Positions 39,512 through 63,660 of a stretch of 64,000 nt of DNA are shown piece after piece. Every line of letters begins with the position of its first letter. Position 1 is the stretch's first letter. The translations under genes and the position numbers were made by a program. A model generated the notes under the pieces. That model had not been told where the DNA came from. It saw only the letters and a list, made by a program, of their open reading frames with translations, and made no database searches. Source of the stretch: Balanoglossus misakiensis (taxonomy: Eukaryota > Animalia > Hemichordata); the NCBI GenBank assembly GCA_040954595.2, contig CM082594.2:2589319-2653318 (forward strand). The letters run 5' to 3'.

Positions 39512-41405
39512 TTCAGTTCAGTTCAGTAAAGTTGAGGGATAAGATATCCAGAGGATAATGAAAATCCCTTAGTTCCCAAGTGTTGGCAGAGCGTCGTACT
39601 GGTTTTTAAAGTCATTTACAGACTGTGCATTTACAATATTGGCTGGCAAACTGTTCCATGTATTCACAACTCTTGATGAGAAGAAGTATTTCCGTGTGTT
39701 TAGTCTGACGGTAGGTTTCAGCAGCTTGTAGTTATGTCCACGTGTGCTACTTGATGACAGTTGAAAAGAAACATTGCAGCAGTCATATCCATTTAAAATC
39801 TTGAACACTTGCAGCATGTCTCCCCTGGTTCTTCTCTGCTCCAGTGTTGTTACACCAAAGTGCTGTAGTCTTTCCTGGTATGGTAGCCTACGTAGTTCAG
39901 GAACTAATTTCGTGGCCCGGCGTTGAACTTTCTCCAGTAACGTAATATCCTTTTGTAACCACGGTGACCATGCTTGCACACCATATTGTAATCTTGGTCT
40001 CACCAGTTGCTTGTACAATCTCTTAATTATGTCTGTTGATTTGTGGGTAATAGTTCTTTTGATGATGCCTAACATGTTATTAGCTTTTTTTGCTGCCTGG
40101 ATACACTGTGTTGAAGGTTTGAGGCTAGAATGTACCGTTACACCAAGATCTTTTTCCTCATCTGTGTGCTGCAATGGTATATTGTTCATCTGATAAACGT
40201 GGGATTGATTATTTACTCCAATATGCATTGACTTACATTTCTTGACATTGAAATTCATTTGCCAATCCTGTGACCACTTTTGGAGTTTATCCAGGTCATT
40301 CTGTAGAGTATCAGTGTCATTTCTATTATAGATTGGGCGGTAAAGCTTTGTGTCATCAGCAAATTTCTTTACTTGAGATATCAATCCACAGTCAATGTCG
40401 TTGATGAAAATTAGGAACAGTATGGGACCAAGTACAGACCCCTGTGGCACTCCACTTGTCACTGTTTTCCAAGTTGATGCTGCGCCATTTATAACAACAC
40501 GCTGTTGACGATTTGACAGCCAGGCTTGTACCCACTGCAAGACAGAGCCAGTGATGCCATGGTTTTCCATTTTATGTATGAGTCTCAAATGAGGAACCTT
40601 GTCAAAGGCCTTTGCAAAGTCTAGATAGATGACGTCCACAGGCACTCCATCATCTGTGTACTGTGTAATTTCATCCAGGAATTCTAATAAATTTGTGAGG
40701 CATGACTTCCCATGACAAAACCCATGCTGTGAGCCGAGAATTAGGTCATGACTGTCCAAATGTTGTACAATATTGTCCCTGATGATAGATTCCAGCAGTT
40801 TTCCGCAAATTGTTGTTAGGCTAATTGGTCTGTAGTTACCTGGTTCCGATTTACTGCCTTTTTTAAATATCGGTGTAACATTTGCCATCTTCCAGTCATC
40901 CGGTACAATGCCAGTTATCAAGGATTTAGTATAAATGAGGGAGAGTGGTTTGGCTAGTTGTGCTGCAGCTGAACGTAGAACTCTTGGTGATATTTTATCC
41001 GGTCCTGCAGCTTTACCTGGTGCCAACTGCAAAAGTTTTTTCAAGACTATTTCTTCTGTGATGTTTATAGAGTGTAATTTATCCTTTTCAGAACCATTGT
41101 AGAAGGAGACTGGTGTAGGCATTTGCGATGTATCTTCCACTGTGAAGACTGATACAAAGAAGTCATTTAGAGTATCTGCTATTTCCTGGTTAGAACTTTG
41201 TTTTGTACCATTAGTGTCAACTAGTGGGCCTATTGTGTCCTTTGTTCGTTGTTTAGCTCGAGCATAGGCAAAGAAGGCGCGGGGATTGTCCTTTACATGT
41301 TCTACAAGGTTCTTTTCATACATGATCTTTGCATACTTAATTTCACTCTTCACTTTCTTCTGTTGTCTTTTGTATTCTTCATACACTTCTGAATTGTTTG
41401 TTTTT
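39512..41405 (-). mobile_element. CR1-type LINE, 5'-truncated, with uninterrupted 605-aa RT ORF (39569-41386)
   Basis: KAAGPD, WKMANVTPIFKKG, NYRPISL, QHGF, YLDFAKAFDKVPH, SGVPQGSVLGP, KFADDTK, EKDLGV, LEKVQRRATK. Short 3' UTR ending in (ACTGA)n. Confidence 0.95.
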
Positions 41406-42158
41406 ACCGCTAATTTTCACATGCCCCCCTTCCGAACTGCCAATATTTTCAAATCCCCCCCTTCCGAACTGCCAAAATTTTGAAATCCCCCCCCCCATTG
41501 TCTTTCACAGAGCAAAACACATCACTTATCTATCTTGTAAAAAGAAAAACAGCGCTCCCATGAAAAGAATTTAAAACTGATGTTTCCCCTCATCAGTGGG
41601 TATTAAAACTGAACATTGTTTTTATTTTTTAAGTACATATATTTGTATTCTGTGTTGGGAGACTTTGTAAACCGAGAATTGAAGGGGTGGGTTTGGGAGG
41701 GGGTGTCCCCCTCCCACGTAAGAAAATTTTCTAAAATACAGAGCTCAAAGCTGCATTTTAATGAACCCGGCAAAAGCAAATTAACTCAACTACCGGTATG
41801 TTGGGGAGGACAAATTTAACCGTCGGCGCTCAAAGTTATCATGGGGTGGGGCAAGTCCCCTGACCTGGGACACTAGATAAACCAGTCAATGATTGAAAGG
41901 TGTTGATGAATGGAGGGGGTGGGTGTGGGAGGGGGTGTCCCCCTCCCACATGAGAAAATTTTGTAAAATAAAGGGCGCGAAACTGCATTTTTGTGGACTC
42001 AAAATAAATATTTAGTCGTTAAAGTTTTCAAGTCCCCCCCTTTCAGTCCCTAAATTATTTCAAATCCCCCCCCTCACATACCCTCAATTTTTTCAAATCC
42101 CCCCCCCTCAATTCTCCTGCCCCCCCCCCCCCCTCCAGAGGTGTTTGTGAATGCAGCC
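41405..42158. mobile_element. Truncated Harbinger/Tourist-like MITE
   Basis: Ends ...gaggtgtttgtgaatgcagcc|taa. Poly-C subterminal motifs; internal blocks shared with the 49684 and 61800 elements. Confidence 0.6.
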
Positions 42159-43394
42159 TAAAGATAGAGCGATTTTCAGGTACGTCCGCACTGCCGAGCG
42201 CCCTCACTCACACACCTAGTGTCCAATCTTAGCAAAGTGTTTCAGAGAGAACATGTAGACATGTCAGTCATCAAACCCAAGTTACAGGTAGCTATTTCAC
42301 TTCTTCAAGACATGTCAAAGACTCCTGCTTTGATGAAACATCTTTCACAGTTCAGGCTTGAGTGTAATGACTTCATGTATAAAGGGAGAGAGTTGAGAGC
42401 TGCTGGTAGAAATTTTGACATTGACAAGTTGTGTAATATTTACATTGAAAACCTTGTTTGTAATGTATCAGATAGATTTGCTCAGAATGATACCGACATT
42501 TTACAATGTTTTGATGCTGTCTTTAACCCCAGATGTGTACCCATAGAAACCAGTCAGCTGTGCACTTATGCTGTCAGAGAGTTTGAGAAGATAGTCACAC
42601 ATTTCAGTGGTATGGTAGACAGAGAAAGGGCAGCTGATTATTTCATTGAGTTTAAGTATCTTTTACTCTGTCATAGGAGCTTGTCTTTTCAGCAATTTTG
42701 TCGACTGTTACTTTGTCAGTACCAGGATGATTTTCCAAATTTTTGTAAGTTGGCATCAATTGCTTCGGTTATACCACTATCAAGTGTACCTTGTGAGCGG
42801 GCCTTTTCGTGCCAAAACAGAATCAAAACAAAGTTAAGGAATCGCTTAACACCAGCCCATTTGTCAACATTGATGAAAATTTCCCTGGAGGGTAAAGACA
42901 GGACTGAGTTCAATTTTCTCAAGCGATGTCAAACTTCAATGACCAGAAAGTCAGAAGGAAGTTTACTTTGTAATAAAAATGAAACATTCAAAGAAAATGA
43001 AAATAAATGTGGATATACACTTAAATTGTGATGTTGACTTCGCTGGTGCTGTAAGTGTGTGCGAGTACGTATGTGTTATAATATATCGGAAAAATGGGGA
43101 CCCTCAAATTGTTTTAGGGACCCCTGATTTTCACTAGGAAGGGGTCCCAGGGACCCCAAGATTGTGAGGTCTAGCGCAACCCCTGTTGAATCAACTATTT
43201 ACCTATCATGTTTTATGCCTCTGAAGTATGGGGTAATCAGTATTATGGGAAAATTGAACAAGTCCAAAGAAAAATTTGCAGATTATACATGGGACTTGCA
43301 CCAAATGCTCAAAAGGAGGCGATGGTTGCTGAATGTGGCAGGTTTCCTGCCAACAAGACAATAATGATAAAGTCCTTTCCTTTTTTCTTCACAG

Positions 43395-55717
<12,323 letters not shown>

Positions 55718-56145
55718 GTAAGTTACAGTTTTTAGCAATTTGGTTAATAAATATAGTTAGAACCAGTCCGGGTAATGTGTCAGGGTGGAAGAGTAGGATT
55801 GACCATTTAAACGTTGTATATCTAATAAGGGTCCAAGTTTTTGTGTTTGTTCGTTTGTTGATTTATTTCCTCAACTGTGTTGTTTTGTTCGAGATTTTCA
55901 TTCCTCAAACGAAATCGCGCTAACCGGAAGTGTTTAGTTTTGTGATACTTTAGCGAGGGAGCTTAAGCTTATCCGGCGTGCCATCGTACAAAATGATGGC
56001 CACAGTTTAATTTTAATTACGTTATGACAGACAATAGACAAAATATATGTAGGACTTCGGGGGTCGTTTCAACCATGGCCATGCATGGAGTAGCCTATGG
56101 CAGTCGCTGTGGGGTGAGACTAAAACGAAGGAAAGCGAAGGAAAG

Positions 56146-56543
56146 TGTGACTGACTCACAATAGAAAAAGGGTCGATACACAGCAAATTGTAGGCGAACT
56201 TCAGACTTTATTGAGATGTACTTCTTATACATATGATGGAGCACACACGGCCAAACTACACGGCCCGTGCCTTTTTATAGCGTCTGCTAGAAACAAATTT
56301 TCGCGGGATTTTCTGTGATTGGTTAAAAACTCTGAACTCTGATTGGTTGAAATCGTCTGTTGGATTATGTAATAAGTATGCTAGAAATGGCGTGTTTGTT
56401 TGAATTTGTGCTAGTTTCCCATAGCACAACTGACTTGAAGTCAGAACAATTGAATAAAGGATGCAAACAACAATAACAGGATGAGTATGATAAAATGTGA
56501 ATCAATAATGATTAAAATATGAATAATAATGCAATTCACAACA
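56146..56543 (-). mobile_element. 3' LTR of a BEL/Pao retrotransposon
   Basis: Minus strand reads ..tggccgggagta|TGTTG...gtcACA. TATA (ctataaaaag, 56271-56280), CCAAT boxes and AATAAA (56207-56212) are in the expected order. Confidence 0.7.
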
Positions 56544-56744
56544 TACTCCCGGCCACGAAAGAAACTCCAACAAATTATTGATTCTATTTTAGGGCCTGGT
56601 CAGAATTAACAGGGGGGGAAGGCCGGTGCGATTCAAAATCCGCATGCATGAAAAATACTGACCCTCCACCGATTTCTTGCACAAAAAAATGCTGACCCTC
56701 CCCCTTCTCCGTGAACAAAATCAAGTGACCCTCCCCACAATATT

Positions 56745-57169
56745 TAGCCCGGAGACACAGGCGTAGTAGGGGAAAAGGAACAGTCTCTATTTACGCACCG
56801 AATTCTGTGCGGAGAACGACACGGGTGGTAAATCTTGTGTGTAAGCTAATTGGTCACTTAAATGTAACAATGTGTAAACCAGATGACATCATCGCATTCT
56901 AAATAAGGAAATAGAGGTGGAGTCATGAGTGAAATTCCCGCAACGGGGTGTGGGAGTGGTTTTGAAGGTGTATGAATATTCATAACCAAGCTTTGTTAAT
57001 TATATCATCCAACCACCGGCGCCCGTCAACATTTGATAGATCACTCGTTATCCATTCGTTACTAAGCGACCCTGATCGTTGCCAGGGCTACTATCTTTCA
57101 GCTCAGCAGGAAATTTCACTACTGTCCCCGGGCGTTCTATTCTAGATCGACGCCTGTGTCTCCGGGCTA
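56745..57169. mobile_element. 425-bp TAG...CTA element, 9-bp TSD, nested in the MITE
   Basis: cacaatatt|tagcccggagacacaggcgt ... acgcctgtgtctccgggcta|cacaatatc. Confidence 0.8.
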
Positions 57170-57539
57170 CACAATATCCGATGATTCATTCTGATTTGTA
57201 CAATCAGATATTACTCAGTCAAACCAGGCAAAGTTCACATTTGTACAGAAAATTGTAGACCACTATTAAATACACCTCAGTTAGTTATTTGCTTGTTTCC
57301 TCCAAAGTGTGACATTTGCAGTACATGAATACTTTGATTCCTATGGCTTTTAAATATTCATTTTGAAATTTTCACTCTTATTCCTCAACATACTTTTCCT
57401 AGATAAATACAGTTATATGTACTTCATATCATTGTTAGTATCTAAAACAGAAAAAGTTATTAAATGGACAACCTCGATGATACAAATCATGGAGAATTGT
57501 GGGTAAAATATCGTACTGTGCTCCCCTTCCCTTAAGAAA

Positions 57540-57595
57540 TTAGGGTTAGGGTTAGGGTTAGGGTTTGGGTTAGGGTTAGGGTTAGGGTTAGGGTT
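57540..57595 (+). repeat. Interstitial (TTAGGG)n tract
   Basis: About nine TTAGGG units, one of them a TTTGGG variant. Confidence 0.9.
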
Positions 57596-58048
57596 ATGGG
57601 GTTTAAGATCACATACTGGTACATGTGTATGTTTTGTGAGTTGTGTGATGTATTTTGTAGTACAAGGGATGTCAATACATCCATACAGGAGTGCCTATAT
57701 GAGCGCAAGTCTTTTTTCAGGATTTCTCTGTAACATTTCAAATTTTTGAAATTATCGGTGTCATCCTTGCACAAAAATTAATGACCCTCCCCTTGACAAG
57801 TGCCCAAAATGTAGCGGCCCTCCCCCAAACCGTTGCATGAGAAATGGTGACCCTCCCCCCAATCGCACCGGCCCTCCCCCCCCCCCCTGTTAATTCTGAC
57901 CAGGCCCTTAGACGATCTGGTAAGCCTACATTGTAACAGTAACAAGAACACAATAATATCAAAGAGTTCACTGATATTGATAAATGTTCAACAAGTTCAA
58001 GGTTCAACAATAATTGTTCATTTCGCGAACACTCATCACTGGCGAAAG

Positions 58049-58393
58049 TCAACATGTCCAATGTTTGATTCTTTGCTTGGCAACTTCAGCAGCTTGGCGA
58101 ATTGGGCGTTCTGTACGGGTGGTTACACACGTGTCCTGAAACTGCTCTCTCTCACGAACGGCAAGGGGGTTTTCCACCGGAAGTGACGTTCGGTCATTTG
58201 TTGTCGGGATTCCGCTGGTCTCTAGCGGATATAACTTCGTGACCGGGCGATTAGTTTTTCCCAATTTCGTTTTGATCTCGACTGTGCGTACGATTCCGTC
58301 GTCTCCTGGTAGTAGACGAGTAACTCTAGCCAAATGCCAATTCACGCGTTTATCCACGTCGCTGTGAATCAGTACGATATCACCGACTTTCAC
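58049..58393 (-). mobile_element. BEL/Pao polyprotein C-terminus (DUF5641-like) fragment
   Basis: KVGDIVLI......W.LARV..L.PG.DG.VR.V.IKT..G...RP..KL.PLE...RP.RQAA..A...I is the typical post-integrase BEL/Pao C-terminus. Confidence 0.88.
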
Positions 58394-59699
58394 AGTGTTG
58401 TGTTTGACACCATCGGTGGTGAGCAGGTGTCGCTCTTAGTGCAGTTAAACCCCGGTGCGGAAAGTACTGGGGTTCGGATTAACGTGTGTTTGTATAGTTG
58501 TTTATTTGGGAGTGGTCGTTGTGCATAATGACTGTGTAATTGATCTCATGTACATAGAAAATAATTGAACACTTTACACCTCTACGCGATTGACAGCTGT
58601 TTGAATGGCGTGGTTATTGTTTCCCAGGGACGCTTCTGAAAAGCACTGAAACCAGATTTCTCCCAAAATCATCGTTGTTTCAAAAGCTCGTGGTACTTTT
58701 TCGTCGATAACTTTATGTTGTGTGTGTTTATAAAGCCAACTACTGTCGTTGTGTGGTGTAATTCTTTATGCTTGGACCTGTTTGGGCCGATTTTCATAGA
58801 GCTAATGTGGCGTTCTCACTGGCACGTTTACACCGGTGCTACACTGGTGTAGATTTGACACCGACGGAAAAAAACAAGTGAGAACGCTTTACGCCGGTGT
58901 TACGCCGGTGTTGATTTGCGACGGCGATGGGTGGCGGGTCAGGGCCAGTGCTGGGCCAGCGCTCCGACGCAAATAGTCAGTGAGAACGCAAAGATAAACA
59001 AACACCGTTCAAAAGCGCCACCCTGCAGTGACTTTTGGGTATGTTTATGTATAGCCCATTGTCTTTGGTCAGTTTCCATTGTTAAGTCAATCACACTGGA
59101 CGCGAGTGGTTTTCAAACCATTCGCAGTTTGCCAGGTCTGCAACACTTCAGTCTGCTACCAACTTTCGGAAGGTTCTCTCGATCACCGAAAAGCTGAGGC
59201 ATTTTCCATTTATGGATTAACATTCATTTACTTCTAAACATTATCAAAACTGTCACAAAGTCGTCTAGAACGCATATGCAGGTATAGAAACTGAAACATG
59301 TTGCTGTAATGTCCTCGACGTCCTCAATTTTGTTAGTTGAAGTGTTGCTAAACATGGCGATTTAGACGGTGTTTATTTCAAAACAGTGGCCAAAAGTTTA
59401 GTGTGTGGACGCACGGAGATTCTGTGGGCTAATCCCCAGTGTTTGCTCTCCGCAAGTTTTCCCTTGATTCATTGGGATTGCCGAACAGCGCCCGCACAAA
59501 TGCCTACAATAACGAAAATGCCTTGCATGATGTACAAATTGCCTATGACGATACGCCAGAAGACTACCACTGGAGCAGCGCCCTCACTAATGGGCCTAAC
59601 ATTGTCTACCACAACGAAGTGAATGGCTATGACAAAACGGCGAAAGCATAAACATTGTAAAAATGCGTAAGATAATCTGACATTTGTCTAGATAGATCT

Positions 59700-60560
59700 A
59701 CAAAATAACTAGCACAAACTGGCAAAGGAATTAAAATTAATCATAGATGCCTTAAATAATAAGACAAATGCCTAACCAAGTTAACAAGATAACTCGCAAA
59801 AACTAAGAAAAGAGTGAAAGATTATAATATATGCCCAAAATAATGTAACAAATGTCTTAAATAATTTATTAAATTACCAGTATTAACCTAACAAGAGTTT
59901 AACATTATGGCAAATAGCTAGGATGGTACGCTAAATGTACATAATTCAACTGCAATGCCAAACAGGATATACCAAATAACTAACATAAAGTAATAAAAGA
60001 CTACGCATTATGAAAAAATGCCAATAATTGCATACCAAATGCATAATACAATACACAAAATGAATAACGTAATATGACAAATGCCTAACGTGATATGGTA
60101 AATAACTGGTATAAACTGAGAAAAGGATTAAAAATTATAATGTTTGGCTAAAATGGTTGGACAAATGGCTAGGATGGTAAATTAAATGGCTTAAATAAAG
60201 TGACAAAATAGTTGACAATATTAATAAATGCGCATAATTTCCCTGCAATGCCTAGCATGATATTCCAAATAACTAACATAAAGTAATAAAAGACTACGAT
60301 TTATGTAAAATGCCAATAATTGCATACCAAATGCGTAATACAATACACAAAATGTCTCCCGTAATATGACAAATGCCTAACGTAACATGGTAAATAACTA
60401 GTATAAACGGAGAAGAGGATTAGAAATCACAATGTTTGGCTATAATAGTATGACAAATGGCTAGGATGGTAAACTAAATGGCTTGAATAAAGTGACTAAA
60501 TAGTTGGCAATATTAACAAATGCATATAATTTAACTGCAATGCCTAGCATGTACTAAAAA
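59700..60560. repeat. AT-rich degenerate tandem array, ~293-bp period built from short AAATGCCTAA-like subunits
   Basis: ccaaataactaacataaagtaataaaagactacg recurs at ~59972 and ~60265. gctaggatggta recurs at ~59916, ~60167 and ~60460. Confidence 0.75.
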
Positions 60561-61010
60561 TGCGGAAGACAATATTTCCTGTAATCATATAAGACAGTTA
60601 CGGCGTTCCATAAACCTCTCGCCGGGCACACATGCAATCAGTCCATAAGCCTGCATGGACGACGAGAGGGGCTGTGAGAGAGTCCATCTGTAAGACTGCG
60701 TATATGGTCAGGTGGTGGCAGTCGCAAGCTTGGTGGCTAGCCCTATAAAAGTTCTACCGCTTTATACTTTCTAACAGGCCATTCCACTCCACATGTTTTG
60801 TCCAATCCATTCACTCTGTGAATAAGATATTTTACGTATACAATGCAAATGAGGGTAGGCATGCGCGTAATGGTCACGTGACCATCTTAGAGTTGTGTTT
60901 TTTTCCTTGGAAGCATGTGTCAGTCGGTCTACCATCTACGACGATTTTTCCCGACATCCTGGTTATTTTTCAAGTTGGTCCATATGCCAATTCAGTTAAT
61001 CATGCGAAAT

Positions 61011-62658
61011 TTATTTGAAAAGGGAAGTGAACATTTCTTTTGTATCATATCCATCTTTGTACCACTCACAGGTGTCGTAATTTCCGACTAGGAGTTGTGG
61101 GCATACGCATTTTGTGGGCGTTTCTGGGACTTTTTTGTTTGTACCCGAGCTACGCAAAACCTCGCAAGTTCTCGTGTAGTTCGGTAAAGGCTCTACTTTA
61201 CAGTGTGTGACGGTGCGTTGCCGCGATGGTAAAAAGTCTTGCCCACCGTTCGAGTTCCATGACACTATTGCGGCAATTTAATCACGAAGAGACTGCATTC
61301 AGTGACTGACAATCTTTCTGGTTTCAGAGCAATTTTGGAGATTTTCTATCGAAAATACCTTAAGTTGCACTGTCTTTTGCCCATCAACCGTAGTCCACAT
61401 CAACATGTAGATCTTCTCGCTGTCAACATCGACACCAGTTAATTCATCACCGCGAATGCCTAGCCATGCAGGGGCATTATCGTTAGGAGTATCGCCGCAG
61501 GGTTGAGGAGACGCATCTAGCTCCGGGTAAAAAAATCTGAAAACACCTGGAAAATAATATAGATATACAGTGTTTAAATAACAGGGATGCAGTGAAAGTT
61601 TTCATGCATTTATTCTGTGTGGTGGCGGGAATGGTTATTCGATACTGTGAAAAATGATTATACCCCTCCCCACCCTGTAGTCTCGATCCAAGGCTATATT
61701 TTAACTTTTACTCAGATCTGTGTAATTTTATAAAATCTGTATGTTCTGGCTATTTTCAGTATTTTTGTTTGGGCTTGTTTATCAAAACAAAACAATTAAG
61801 GGACCGTTCAGTTTTACGGCTGGGGGCGGCAAGTTTGTGTCATGGGTTTTCAAAATCAGGCCGACCCTTCACCCAGGACCAAAATATGATGACCGCCCCC
61901 CAAGCCAAAAACATTCACCGTCCTGATCCTATGTACAGCGGTTTTCGATCGATTGTATCGGCATTTTGGGCGTTTTGAAAGCCAAGTAACATGCAACACA
62001 AGAACTAACGGAGATGTAAGATGTATAATAATAAGGTTTTTACGAAAATACCGCAAAGTATGCACTCGGACATTAGCGCAGCGCATCGCTCTCCACTACG
62101 CGTCGGGCGATACTCGGCGCTAATGTCCTCGTGCATACTTTGCGGTATTTTCGTAAAAACCTCATAGTATATCGTTGCAATAAGAATGAATTATGAATAA
62201 ATTAAAATGACAAGTCAATACAATAAATGGTAGGATTGGTAAAAGAAGAAAAGTGGCAGGGTGGGTGTGAAAATTTTGTAAAATAAAGGGCGCGAAACTG
62301 CAATTTTGTGGACTCAAAAGCAAAAGTTTTGTGGCAAAAGTAAGAGACCCCCCCCCCTTAAACGTTTTAAAAAAAACGATGACCCCCCCCCCTTTTGGAC
62401 TTCAAAATTGAAGTGACCCCTTGGATTTTGCCGCCCCCCCCCCAGCCGTAAAAACTGAACGGTCCCTAAGTCTATCTGCGTGAAAGGTTCCATTTGTAAA
62501 ATGACTTACTCTTTTGATCATAGTGTCCATCCGCAGCAGTTGAACACAAGTCGTCGCCAAGTTTCTCTTTCAATTGCCAAAATCCGTCCCCTTGTCTGCT
62601 AAGCAAGGACCAAACGCGGATCGTTCCGCCCTGGTCCGGAAGAAGTCCTTCCTGAGGC
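61011..62658 (-). pseudogene. Decayed spliced gene of unknown family, antisense within the putative fibropellin intron
   Basis: Exon 62511-62658 (ttttccag...|gtaagt) joins in phase 1 to terminal exon 61011-61546 (ttttccag|). The joined frame reads ...HYDQKSVFRFFYPELDASPQPCGD...TSLFK*, with two premature stops near 61305 and 61280. Confidence 0.55.
61800..62466. mobile_element. Harbinger/Tourist-like MITE, canonical copy of the 49684 family
   Basis: taa|gggaccgttcagttttacggctggggg ... cccccagccgtaaaaactgaacggtccc|taa. It contains a hairpin insert at ~62035-62162. Confidence 0.85.
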
Positions 62659-63077
62659 TGGAAAAGAACAAATAATGAAAACATTTTAAAAGTACATTTT
62701 TCCTGTCTTTATATTCCGTGTTTGGACAACGAATCGAAGCAAGTACTTAACCCGTGTGTGACTCTTGCGATGCATGATGGTCAACATTTATAACATTTGA
62801 TATTATGACATGACGATATTAGAAAACTGTTTACCAAACTTCTCTCTCTCTTTTCAATTTGCAGATAGTTTTAGCAGGTCTAGCACTTCTCAGCATGTTT
62901 TTATATGTTTGAGGCTGCAACCATCATGCATCGCTTTTGTCTCAAGTCGGCCATCTTTGCCCGGAGAGGTTTCTATGGCGTCCCTGCAGGGGGCTTGGGT
63001 CCCTAATAATTAACACGGATATCCCGCGCCTTCTCTGATTTCTTTCTCGCCCCCGATTGGAAGGACATGTCGTACAG

Positions 63078-63137
63078 TAGCTCTGCGTACAGGTCTGTGC
63101 GTAACGCCGGGAACACACAGACCTGTACGCAGAGCTA
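63078..63137. mobile_element. 60-bp TAG...CTA hairpin micro-MITE, 9-bp TSD
   Basis: gtcgtacag|tagctctgcgtacaggtctgtg...cacagacctgtacgcagagcta|gtcgtacag. Confidence 0.85.
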
Positions 63138-63226
63138 GTCGTACAGCGGTTGTCTTCATTTGCAGTCTAGTAGTATATGAGATCCCGTAGTCAGGGCAGA
63201 TTAATTGGAGACGGTATAGTCGTGCC

Positions 63227-63301
63227 TAGCCTGGCCCCATACCAGTGTGTTTTAGATATAAATTCTATATATCTAAAGCACACTGGTATGGGGCCAGGCT
63301 A
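63227..63301. mobile_element. 75-bp TAG...CTA hairpin micro-MITE, 9-bp TSD
   Basis: agtcgtgcc|tagcctggccccataccagtgtg...cacactggtatggggccaggcta|agtcgtgcc. Confidence 0.85.
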
Positions 63302-63660
63302 AGTCGTGCCTTGAGACGCGGCGTGCGAGTGGGTGCACATCGCCTATTTGAAAACAGGATCGTGAAAATGGGACACGCTCGAGTATGCTATTCTTGAGTG
63401 GTGCGTTATTGGCTTACTTACACCTTGGCGAACGTCTCCACCATGATTTCTGTCTGCTTCGTTTCCATGTCTGTGCCCTGGTAATCGATTGCCCATGCCT
63501 ACTGAGGCAAAGAGGCGTATGGTGATCTTCGAGGTAAAGGGTCGTATGCGAGGCAAGGGGGTTTTATGGTGAGCAACGCGACAGACACTCAATAAACTAG
63601 ACGTGCGTCATGAATAAAACCAATCTGATTAAAATCAGATGTAGAGAACGGCGACTTGGT

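Larger units (their letters stand above)
39231..43185 (+). mobile_element. Disrupted hAT transposon (ZNF862-like transposase), 5' part missing
   Basis: 39231-39512 reads FFNSSPVR..L.EIQ...TR(W)LS..AV...GL...FV...LL.DVLPV, with a frameshift and a stop. It resumes at 42219 with SNLSKVFQ...FP....LA.I..VIPLSSVPCERAFSCQNRIKTKLRNRL (hAT dimerisation motif). Subterminal GGGACCC repeats and a ...acccctg end at 43185. Confidence 0.85.
56592..57907. mobile_element. Harbinger/Tourist-like MITE inserted in the BEL element
   Basis: tta|gggcctggtcagaattaacagggggg ... cccccctgttaattctgaccaggccc|tta; subterminal tgaccctccc repeats. Confidence 0.85.

Noticed and set aside
59439-59651. 70-aa plus-strand ORF with natural-looking composition
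   Set aside because: It overlaps the degenerate start of the AT-rich repeat array, has no ATG and shows no splice support.
62864-63013. Strong plus-strand acceptor followed by an open phase-1 frame, as a candidate last fibropellin exon
   Set aside because: The peptide has no EGF or avidin features, and it overlaps the minus-strand pseudogene-like region.
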